Positions 27,661-38,754 of a stretch of DNA of 64,000 bases are shown in pieces (positions within the stretch are counted from its first letter, which is position 1; the number at the start of each line of letters is the position of its first letter). The stretch is from the human T2T-CHM13v2.0 reference genome, Homo sapiens. The position numbers and the translations under genes are program-made. The stretch is from NCBI RefSeq assembly GCF_009914755.1, contig NC_060934.1, one strand, 5' to 3'. The notes under the pieces were generated by a model. It worked only from the letters and a program-made list of their open reading frames with translations, ran no database searches and had not been told where the DNA came from.

Positions 27661-29072
27661 TTTAAAAAATGCATTTTGTTTTAATGTTTATCTGATATTT
27701 GTACAGCTACATATGCTTTCTTGTGATAAGTATTTACACAGTCTTTTGTAAACAGTTTAGACAGAGGCTCTTGGTGCCTATATGATTTCAGTAATTTTTT
27801 CACAATACTCCTAAACCACAAAAAGAGTCCAACGATTTCTTCATTAATTAGGTGCAAAACAACTTAGTACCTGTTGGATACTGCATAACTTTTGTAGGGA
27901 CATATATTTTTTACACAGGTAAATACCAAGGAGCACGATTGCTGTATCATATAGTAATACTATATTTAACTTTGTAAGAAATTGTTAAACTGTCTTCAAA
28001 GTTGCTGTAGTGTTTTGCATTCCTACCAGCAATGAGTGAGAGTTCCCATGTTCCTTGCCAGTTTTTGTGTTTTTAATGCTTTGGATTTTAGCCATTCTGA
28101 TAGGTTTGTAGTGGCATGTAGTGGCATCTCAATGTAGTGGCATCTCATTGTTGATTTAATTTACAATTCCTTAATGACATATATGTTGAACATCTTTTTA
28201 TGTTTATTTGCCATCTATATATCTTTTTTGGTATCTCTTCAGCTCTGTTGCCCATGTTGTAATAGGTTTATTTCTTTTTCTTATTGTGTCAGGTATGTGT
28301 TTTCTAAATATTTTCTTCCTGCAGGTGGCTTTTATTTTCATTTTCTTAACAGTGTCTTTCACAGAGCAGAATGTTTTTATTTTAGTAAGTACAACTTATC
28401 AATTTTTTATTCATGGATTGTGCTTTTGTTGTATCTAAAATGCCATCACCAAATTTAAGGCCACCTACACTTGTTCCTTTGTGTCTTCTAGGAATTTTAT
28501 AGTTTTTGCATTTTATATTTAGATCTATGATCCACTATGAGTTCATTTTTGGTAAGGTGTAAGGTCTTTGGTTATATTCATTTTTTGTTTACATGTGGAT
28601 GACTAGTTATTCCAACATCACTTGTTGAAAAGAGTCCTTTATTGAATTTCCTTTGCTTCTTTGTAAAAATTTGTTGACTATATTTATGTGATTCTTTTTA
28701 TCTCTCTTCTGTTCCAATTGCTCTATTTGTCTATTGTTTCATCAATAGCATACTGTCTTGATTTCTGTAGGGCTACAGGAATTTTTAAAGTTGGGTAGTG
28801 TCAATCCTTTGATTTTGTTTTCCTTTAATATTGTGTTAACTATTCTGGGTCTTTTGCCTTTCCATTCAAATTAGAATCAGTTTGTTGATTCCATTTTGAT
28901 TCCCACAGAATGGCTTGTGGGAATTTTGATTGCGATTGCATTGAACTGAGTTGAAAAGAACTGACAACAAACAATATTGAGACTTCCTATTCTTTAACAT
29001 GGACTATTGCTCCATTTAGATCTTAGATCTGTTTATTCTTTGATTTCCTTAATCAGAGTATTTTAGTTTTCC

Positions 29073-29314
29073 TTTTTTTGTGGTTAATATTTTTTTAATT
29101 TTAGTTTATTATTATACTTTAAGTTTTAGGGTACATGTGCACAATGTGCAGGTTAGTTACATATGTATACATGTGACATGCTGGTGCGCTGCCCCCACTA
29201 ACTCGTCATCTAGCATTAGGTATATCTCCCAATGCTATCCCTCCCCGCTCCCCCCACCCCACAACAGTCCCCAGAGTGTGATGTTCCCCTTCCTGTGTCC
29301 ATGTGTTCTCATTG
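29073..29314 (-). mobile_element. Young 5'-truncated L1 (L1PA2-like) 3'UTR
   Basis: Reverse complement reads 'cctaatgctagatgacgagttagtg' (GAG diagnostic); TSD tttagttttc (29062-29071 / 29315-29324). Confidence 0.9.
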
Positions 29315-31181
29315 TTTAGTTTTCTTTATATATCTCTTATACATATTTTGTTAGGTTTATAATTACCTCATTTTTTTGGTGATAATGTGAATAGTATTGT
29401 GTGTTTAATTTGAAATATCACTTGTTCTTTGCTGGTATATAGGAAAGCAGTTGACTTTTGTATATTAACCTTGTATCTAGCAACCTTGCTATAATGACCT
29501 ATTAGATTTTTGCTGTTGTTGAGCAAAAACAATTTTACTCATTTTATATTTATTTTATTCTCTTTTCTTGTCTTACTGCATTAGTTAGGACTTCCAGTAC
29601 AATGTAGAATACATGTGGTGAGAAATGATGTCCTTGATTTATTCCTTATCTTAGAAAAAAAAGCATCTGTTTTCTCATGATTAAGATATTAGGTATTTGT
29701 TTTTTGCAGATATTCTTTATGAAATTGAGGAAGTTTCCTACTATTCTTAGTTTGCTGATAGTTTTTAAAAATCATAAATGGGCTTTAGATTTTGCCAAAT
29801 GATGTTTCTTCATTTCTTATTGATCATATAATTTTTTCTTTAGTCTGTTGATGTGGTGGATTACATTAATTGATTTTTGAATATTGCATGAATGTTGCGT
29901 ACCTGGGATAAACCCCATTTGGTTGTGGCATATAATTCTTTTTATACATTGTTGAATTCAATTTGCTAACAATTTGTTGAGGATTTTTGCATCTTTATTC
30001 ATGAGAGATGTTGGTTTGTAGTTTTTTTCTTATAGTACCTTTATCTACTTTTGGTATTAGGGTAATATAGTTTAAATGTATTATGGAATGACACTGTACT
30101 TTGTGTGACTTTTGTTCTTTTAAATTTGCTAAGGTTTGTCTTATAGCCCAGAATAAGATCTGTCTTACTGAGTGTTCCACAGAAGCTTGAGAAGAATGTG
30201 TATTCTGCTGTTTTTGAATGGAATAATCTATAAGCATCAATTAGATCCAGTTGATTGGTGATGTGCTAAGTTCAACTATATTCTTAGTGATTTTCAGCCT
30301 GTTGTAGCTGTGAATTACAGTTAGATGGTACTGAAGGCTGCAAATATAATGAATTTGTCTGTTTTCTTTGCAGTCCCATCTGTTTTTGCCTCATGAATTT
30401 TATTGCTCTGTTGTTAGGTGCATACTTATTAAGTATTACTATGTTTTCTTGAATAATGACCTTTTTATCACTGTGTAATGTCCCTCCATGTCTCTGATCA
30501 TTTTTCTTGCTCTGAAGTCCACATTGTCTCAAATTAATATAGTTTCTCCAGCTTTGCTTTGATTAGTTAGCATGGTATATCTTACTCTGTTACTTTACTT
30601 TTAATCTTATCATTTTCATATATTTAAAGCCAATTTCTGGTAGACACCATATAGTCAGATTTTTTTATTCACCTACTCTGACAGCCTCTGTCTTTGAATT
30701 GATATATTTAGACCATTCACATTTAAAGTGATTATTGACATATTTGCTTCAATATCAACCGTATTTGTAGCTATTTTCTCTTTATTGTCCTAGTTCTTTG
30801 TTTCTTTTTCACCTTCCACACCTTTCCTGCCTTCTCTGGCTTTAATTACATATTTAATATGATCCTATATCTTCTCCTTTCTCAGGATATCAATTACATT
30901 TCCTAAAATTTTGTATAGTGGTTTCCTTAGAATTTACAATGTACATTTATAGAATATCCAAGTCCACTTTTAAATATCACTATATCGCTTCATGGATAAT
31001 GCAGGTATTCTGATTTCAGAGAATTCCCATTTCCTGCCTTTTGTCACTCATAAGATTCCTGTCATTTATTTCACTTATATATAAGCTATAATCATGGAGA
31101 ACATTGTTACCATTATTATTATGAATAGTCTGTATCTGTTAGATCAATTAAGAGAAAAGAATATAAAATGGTTTCTTTCAC

Positions 31182-31479
31182 TTTTTTTTTTTTTTTTTTT
31201 TTGACAGGGCCTTGCTTTGTTGCCTAGTCTAGAGTGTCATGGTGTGATCACAGTTCACTACAGCCTCGACCTCCTGGGCTCAAGTGATCTTCCCACCTCA
31301 GCCTCCAAGTACCTGGGACTACAGGCACATGCCACCATGCCTGGCTAATTTTTGTATTTTTTGTAGAGCTAGGTCTTTGCCATGTTGCCCAGGCTGATCT
31401 TGAACTCCTGAGCTCAAGCAATCCATCTGCTTTAGCCTCCCAAAATGCTGGGACTACAGGCAAGAGCCACCATTCCTGG
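31182..31479 (-). mobile_element. AluJ
   Basis: Poly(T) then 'cagcctcgacctcctgggctcaagtgatc'. Confidence 0.95.
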
Positions 31480-33057
31480 AGTTTTTTACTTTTATTCCTT
31501 GTCTAATATTTTTTCTCTCTTTATGTAGACCTGTGTTTCTGACATGTATTATATTCCTTCTCTCTGAAGAATGTTTAAAAATATTTTCTTCCAATGCAAG
31601 GATACTGGCAACAAATTATGTCATTTTTTTTCTGAGAATGTTTTTATATCTCTTTAAGTTTTGAAGGATTATTTGTCTGGATACAGGTTCTAGTTGGTTG
31701 TATTTTTCTTCAACACTTGAATATTTTAAATATTTTAAGTTTTTCCCACCTCTTTTATCTCTCAAGATTTTCTTTTTGTCTTTGATTTTCTGTAGTTTGA
31801 GTATAGCATATGATTAGGTCTAGACATTTTTGCTATTGACCATTTTTTATGTTCTCTGAGCATCTAGGATCTGTGGTTTGATGTCTACCATTAATTTTTG
31901 AAAATTCTTAGCCATTATTATTTCAAATATTTCTCTTTTCTTGTTTGCTTTTTCTCCTTCTGTTACTCTCATTATGTACGTATTATACCTTTTGTAATTT
32001 TCCCAAAGATCTCGGTATTCTGTTTATTTTATTATTTTTTCTCTTTTCAATTTTAGAAGTTTCTAATGACACGTTTTCAAGCTCACTTATTCTTTTTTGA
32101 CTGTGTCCAGTATACTGATAAGAACATCAAAGGCATTCTTAATTTCTGTTACAATGTTTTTTATTTCTAACATTTCCTTTTTTTCTTAGTTTTTCTAGCT
32201 TCCTGCTTACATTATCTATTTCTTATTACGTGTTGTCCACTTTTTCTATCAGTGGTCTTAATATCTTAGACATAATTATTTTAAATTTCTGGTATGATAA
32301 TTTGAAAAATTCTGCCATATCTGAGTTTGATGCTCATGCTTAAACTGTCTCTTCAGACTATGTTTTTTTTTTTTACTTTTAGCATGACTTGAAATTTTTG
32401 TTGTTGTTGTTGAAATCTAGACATAATGTATTGGACAATAGGAACTGAGGTATGTAAGCATTTAGTGTAATATGGTTACCTAGCTAGCAGTTAGGCTGTG
32501 TTTTCTGTTTGCTGAAATTGTAGGTATCAAATGATAAAATTTTCTAAAATATTGTCATTATTTTTGCCCCCCCCCACCAAACTGCTGTTTCTGGTTTCCT
32601 TTTAGATAGGGTCTGAGGCTTGCAGATATTTTAGCTGTAATCTGCTATTATTATGCAGGAGCCTGATTAATGTGGTGATAAGATGTCATGGGAGGAGAAG
32701 CAATCTATAATCCTCTAATTAGGTCTCAGTCTTTTAGTAAGCCTGTGCCTCAGGAGTCTACACTTCACAGGAGACTCCTATGTTTTTCTCCCCAACATCC
32801 CAGGCCCTTAGGTGAACAGGAGGTTTATAGGGGGCTGAAACTGGGTATTTCCCTTCCCCGTGTTGAAGGGTAGAAAGCAGCTGGAGTTGGATATTTCCTT
32901 TCCCCCAGGTCTATATTGTATAATAAAGCCTGTGTTAGTTATTCTCTCTGATAAAATAGTTTCCCTTGAGTGTAGTCTTTTGTTAAGAACAGAAAGGTCT
33001 GAATGTGATTTAAAATGATTTCTTTAATATAATTAATGATATATTTGGATTTACATG

Positions 33058-33489
33058 TTTCATTTTTGGGAGGAAATACAGTTGATACTTGAACAACATG
33101 AGTTTGAACTGTGTGGGTCCACTCATATGTGGCTTTTTTTCCAACCAAATATAGATTAAAAATACAGTATTTGTGAGATGCAAAACCCAACATATACAGA
33201 GGACCCACTTTTCATATACAAGTTCCACAGGGCCAACTACAGGACTTGACTATGTGCAGATTTTGGCATATGTGTGTGAAGGGGTGGTCCTGGAACTAAT
33301 CCCTATGTATACCAAGGAATGACTGTATACAGACTCATGAACCAAAGAACAAACTTCTCCTAATTTTAATTGAAAAGATTCCAGCAGTGTGCATAATTTT
33401 AATATGTACTGAAAAGACTATCTGTTTTGGTGGCTCCAAGTTCTTAGTTTGAGATTGAGTTTTAATAAAGGATTAAAACTTTATCTTTG
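33058..33489 (-). repeat. Left arm of a 432-bp inverted duplication
   Basis: Reverse complement of 33950-34381, about 6 mismatches counted by eye; mirrored ORFs 33010..33228(-) and 34211..34393(+). Confidence 0.97.
33079..33325 (+). mobile_element. Tigger2/MER8-type MITE (copy inside the left arm)
   Basis: TA|cagttgatacttgaacaac...ggaatgactg|TA termini. Confidence 0.8.
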
Positions 33490-33912
33490 TGTTTTCTATT
33501 TTTTCCTATCTTACTTATTTTTACTTCTCTCACATTTATTGTTTCTTTTAAAGTAACCTTTTTTATCATTTCTTTTTCTTTCTTAATTATAATGCTTATG
33601 AGTTTTAAATTTTTTTGAATGATGGCTTTCCATACAAAACTGAAGATAATATTAAATGTTTTAAATGTTTGTGTATGTCTAGAAGTAATAAGAATGTGTC
33701 TACCTGCATTAATGAAAAATATTCTCCTAATTATTATTTTATACTATATAATCTTACTTTAATAGTTCATAGCACATAAATGTGATTATTTGCTAATAAG
33801 TTGTAAAAATGAGAGAGATACTGCTTAATATTGACATTTATTTTGAAATTCTGAGATTTCTCAATAAATTATTTTTTCCTAGGTAGTAGATTAAAAACAT
33901 CTCTTCTTGCAA

Positions 33913-34029
33913 CTTACAGAATGGCTTTACTTACTGAAACTCTTTTGTTCAAAGATAAAGTTTTAATCCTTTATTAAAACTCAATCTCAAACTAAGAACT
34001 TGGAGCCACCAAAACAGATAGTCTTTTCA
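33913..34029 (+). pseudogene. Pseudo-exon copy 4 (acceptor AG>AA, in-frame stop)
   Basis: 'catctcttcttgcaa|'; 'gataaagtttta...aatctcaaactaagaactt' matches exon D 'gagaaagtttta...aatctcaaaccaagaaactt'; 3' end approximate. Confidence 0.6.
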
Positions 34030-34381
34030 GTACATATTAAAATTATGCACATTGCTGGAATCTTTTCAATTAAAATTAGGAGAAGTTTGTTCTTTGGTTC
34101 ATGAGTCTGTATACAGTCATTCCTTGGTATACATAGGGATTAGTTCCAGGACCACCCCTTCATACACATATGCCAAAATCTGCACATAGTCAAGTCCTGT
34201 AGTTGGCCCTGTGGAACTTGTATATGAAAAGTGGGTCCTCTGTATATGTTGGGTTTTGCATCCCACAAATACTGTATTTGTAATCTATATTTGGTTGGAA
34301 AAAAAGCCACGTATGAGTGGACCCACACAGTTCAAACTCATGTTGTTCAAGTATCAACTGTATTTCCTCCCAAACATGAAA
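33950..34381 (+). repeat. Right (source) arm of the 432-bp inverted duplication
   Basis: Continuous with the pseudo-exon that starts in the spacer. Confidence 0.97.
34114..34360 (-). mobile_element. Tigger2/MER8-type MITE (copy inside the right arm)
   Basis: Reverse complement of 33079-33325, TA-flanked. Confidence 0.8.
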
Positions 34382-35307
34382 AAAATGTGTTAGTGAGATT
34401 CGTTAATTGTATTATTTAAATCTTCCATTTCTCTTACAACTGGTAATGTTTGTTTCATCAATTATTGAAAGAATATGTTCAATTCTCCCATTGTGAGTGT
34501 GAATTTCTCTATTACTCTGTGTGATTTTGTCAATATTTGCTTTACCTCTTTTGATGTTCTCCTATTTCAACATACACGTTACACATTTAAATTTGTTATA
34601 TCTTCCTATGAACTGAACTTTTGTATTTATGAAAGGTTCCTTCTCATTTCTAGTTAGGTTTTTTGCCTAAAGGCCTATTTTATCTGATATTAATGTATCT
34701 ACACCAACTTACTTTATGTTGGTATTTATGTGATGTATTCTTATAAGGCCAGTTCTCATGAACAACATATAGTTAGAATTTTTTGTTCCAATGTGAACAT
34801 CTTTTCCTTTTAACTAGAATTTAGATGCATTTATATTTACTGTAAATACTAATATCTTTGAGATTAAATATTCCATTTTTATAAAATTTATTTTTAGAGC
34901 AGTTTTAGGTTCAGTTCACAGCAAAATTGAGCAGAAAGTACAGATTTCCTCTGTGCCTTCTGCCATTCCCCCCACACAGACTCCCCACTGTCAGCATCCT
35001 GCACCAGAGTAAAACATTTGTTATAACCAATGAACCTACACTGACACCACATTATCACCCAAAGTCCATAGTTTACTTTAGGGTTCACTGTTGGTGTTCG
35101 TATTCTGGGTTTTGACAAATGTGTGATGACATGTATATGATCATTATAGTATCGTACAGAATAGTTTCACTGCCCTAAACATCTTTTGTGCTCTCCCTAT
35201 TTATTTCTCCCTTACCCCTAACTCCTCACAACCACAGACCTTTTTGTTGTGTCCATGATTTTGCTTTTTTCAGAATGTCTAACAGTTGGAATCATACAGT
35301 ATGTAGC

Positions 35308-35632
35308 AGTCTTTGTCTGCTCAGGCTGCCATAACAAAATACCATAGACTAGGTAGCTGAAACAACAGAACTTATTTTCTCACAGTTCTGAAGGTTGGGA
35401 AGTCCAAGATCAATGTGCTGACTGGTGAAGAAGGGCTCTCCTTAGTTGTAGATAGCCACCTTCTCACTGTACCTTCATGTAGTCTTTCTTTTAAGGCCAC
35501 CAATTCTGTAAGATTAGGAGTCCACTCTTACAATCTCATTTTACCTTAATTATCTCCGTGAGGGCATATGTCCAAATACAGTCACATTAGAGATTAGAGT
35601 TTTGACATATAAAGTTGAGGGATAAAATTCAG
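35308..35632 (-). mobile_element. MLT1A-like solo LTR
   Basis: 'ctcaggctgccataacaaaataccatagact...ttctcacagttctg...gtccaagatcaa'. Confidence 0.85.
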
Positions 35633-35943
35633 ATTGGCTTATTTCAACTTAGTAATATACATTTTAAGGTTCCTCCATTTCTTCAGTGGCCTAGTGGCTA
35701 ATTTCCTTTTAGCCCTGAGTAGTGCTGAATACTCTGGATATACCACAGTTAATGTATCTATTTACCTACTGAAGAATGTTATGGGTTTTTTCCCCAAGTT
35801 TTGGCAATTATGAATAAAGCTGCTGTAAACATCCATGTGCAGGTTTGTATATGGACATGTTTTCAATTCATTTGGGTAAATATCAAGTAGTGCAATTGCT
35901 GGATTATATGACAAGAATAGGTTTAGTTTTTAAGAAACAGCCA

Positions 35944-37094
35944 CTTTTTGATGGGGTTGTTTGTTTTTTTCTTGTAAATTTGTTTGAGTTATTTATAGAT
36001 TCTGGATATTAGCCCTTTGTCAGATGAGTAGATTGCAAAAATGTTCTCCCATTCTGTAGGTTACCTGTTCACTCTGATGGTAGTTTCTTTTGCTGTGCAG
36101 AAGCTCTTTAGTTTAATTAGATCCCATTTGTCAATTTTGGCTTTTGCTGCCATTGCCTTTGGTGTTTTAGACATGAAGTCCTTGCCCATGCCTATGTCCT
36201 CAACGGTATTGCCTAGGTTTTCTTCTAGGGTTTTTATGGTTTTAGGTCTAAGATTTAAGTCTTTAGTCCATTGTGGAAGACAGTGTGGTGATTCCTCAAG
36301 GATCTAGAACTAGAAATACCATTTGACCCAGCCATCCCATTACTGGGTATATACCCAAAGGATTATAAATGATACCGCTATAAAGACACATGCACACGTA
36401 TGTTTATTGCGGCACTATTCACAATAGCAAAGACTTGGAACCAACCCAAATGTCCATCAGTGATAGACTGGATTAAGAAAATGTGGCACATATACACCAT
36501 GGAATACTATGCAACCATAAAAAGGATGAGTTCATGTCCTTTGTAGGGACATGGATGAAGCTGGAAACCATCATTCTCAGCAAGCCATCGCAAGGACAAA
36601 AAACCAAACACCGCATATTCTCACTCATAGCTGGGAATTCAATAATGAGAACACTTGGACACAGGAAGGGGAACATCACACACCGGGGCCTGTTGTGGGG
36701 TGGGGGGAGGGGGGAGGGATAGCATTAGGAGATATACCTAATGTAAATGACAAATTAATGGGTGCAGCACATCAACATGGCACATGTATACATATGTAAC
36801 AAACCTGCACATTGTGCACATGTATCCTAGAACTTAAAGTATAATTTAAAAAAAAAGAAAAAAAAAAGAAAATAACATGGCCAACAGGCTATATGGGTAC
36901 TAAATCTAAGAACAAATAATGTGAATGAGATACTAAATGTTCAAAGCCTATACTGTTTGCTAAAAAGCATAAATCCAGTTGATCAGATGCCAGATTAAAT
37001 GTAGAGAGACTAACAAAATATTACCGTAGCAGAAAATACTGTTAGAAATTAAGCAAATGAATAAACATTTTCCTGCTGGTGAAAAAAAAAAAAA
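35944..37094 (+). mobile_element. L1PA4-like insertion with 5' inversion and 3' transduction
   Basis: Inverted ORF2 piece 35944-36271, sense 3' end 36268-36872, non-L1 segment 36873-37081, second poly(A); TSD aagaaacagcca (35932-35943 / 37095-37106). Confidence 0.93.
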
Positions 37095-37985
37095 AAGAAA
37101 CAGCCAAAGTGTCTTCCAGAGTGGCTATGCCATTTTGTATTCTCACCAGCAATGAATGAAGATTCCTGTTGCTACACGTTCTTTTCTGCATTGATGTCAG
37201 TTTTTTGGAGTTAGGCCATTCTAATAACTGTGTAATTGTGTTTCATTGTTGTTCTAATGCACAATTTCCTAATGACATATATGTTACACATCTCTTTATA
37301 TGCTTACTTATCATCTGTATGTCTTCTTTGGTAAGATGTCTGTTAAGGTATTTTGCCCATCTTTCAAATGGGATGTTTGTTTTAATATTGAGTTTTAAGA
37401 GTTCTTTGCATATTTTGGGTAACAGTCTTTTATCAGATATGTCTTTTGCAATGTAATTTCCCAACCTGTGGCATGACTTTTCATTCTTTTCACAGTGTCT
37501 TTTACAGAGCAGAAGTTGTTGAATTTTAATTAAGTCCAGCTTATCAATTTCTTCTTTGTTGTTGATTGTCTTTCATATTTTGTCTATAAAGTCATCTCCA
37601 TGCCCAATGTCACCTAGGAATCTTTTATATTATCTTCTAGAAGTTGTATAGTTTTCCATTTTCTATTTAGACCTATGATACATTTTGAGTTAGTTTTTGT
37701 GAAGGGTATAAGGTCTGTATCTAGATTTATATTTTATTGCATATGGATGACTTGTTACTCCAGCATCATTTGTTGAAAAGATATTCCTTTCGTCATCAAA
37801 TTGCCTTTGCTCCTTCATTAAAATTGGTTGACCATATTTGTGTGAATCCACTTCTGGGCTCTCTGTTCTGTGCCATTGATCTATTTGTCTATTCTTTTTA
37901 TAAGACCACACTGTCTTGACTACTGTAGCTAATAATAAGTCAGTCATCTAACTTGGTTCTTCTCCTTCAACATTGTGTTGTCTCT

Positions 37986-38402
37986 TGTCTTAGTTCCTTT
38001 GCATTGCTATAAAAGAATATCTGAGGATGGGTAATTTATAAAGAAAACAGGTTTATTTGGTTCACAGTTCTGCAGACTATACAAGAAGCATGGTGTCAGC
38101 ATCTGCTTAGGGTCTAAGGAAGCTTTAACTCACAATGTAAGGGGAAGGAGAGCCAGCATATTACATGACAAGTGAGGGAGCTAAAGAAAGATGGGAGGAG
38201 TTGTCAGGCTCTTTTTAACAATCAGATCTATAGGAAACTAGTAGAATGAGAACTCACTGATTATTACTATGAGGGCAGCACCAAGACATTCATGAGGGAC
38301 CTGCCCTCATGACCTAAATACCTAACACCAGCTACGACCTCCAATATTGGTGATCCAGTTTCTACATGACCTTTGGAGGGGACAAATATCCAAATAATGT
38401 CA
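37986..38402 (-). mobile_element. MSTA/MSTB solo LTR
   Basis: 'gcattgctataaaagaatatctgagg...tttggaggggacaaatatccaaa'. Confidence 0.88.
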
Positions 38403-38754
38403 GCCATTCTGGGTATTTTGCCTCTTCATATAAACTTTAGAATTAGTTTGTCAATATTCACAAAATAACTTGCTGGGGTTTTGACTGGGATTACATTGAA
38501 TCTCTAAGGAAGAACTGACACCTTGAAAATATTGTCATCCTAACTCTAAGCATATAATCTCTCTCCATTTATTTAGTTCTTCCTTGATTTCTTTTATCAG
38601 AGTTTTGTAGTTTCTACTATAGATTTTATATGTATTTTGTCAGCTTTATACCTAAGTATTCAATTTTGGGGGGCACTGTTGTAATTGATGTTGTGTTTTT
38701 CATTTCAAATTCCACTTGTTCATTGTTGGCATAAAGGAAAACAATTGACTTTTG

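Larger units (their letters stand above)
27890..33010 (-). mobile_element. Ancient L1M (MC/MD-like) fragments, ORF2 through 5' region
   Basis: Minus-strand ORF2 relics (ILNKYAPNNRA, ITLIPKVDK); 5'-region motif 'ctggagttggatatttcc' also seen at ~41440. Confidence 0.75.

Noticed and set aside
26546-27683. L1 and Alu within one TSD as a co-mobilised chimera
   Set aside because: Simpler explanation is a later Alu insertion into the A-rich L1 tail, a common event.
32939-34419. Two near-identical ORF pairs on opposite strands suggesting a duplicated small gene
   Set aside because: They are chance frames through a MITE inside the inverted duplication; no splice or coding signal.
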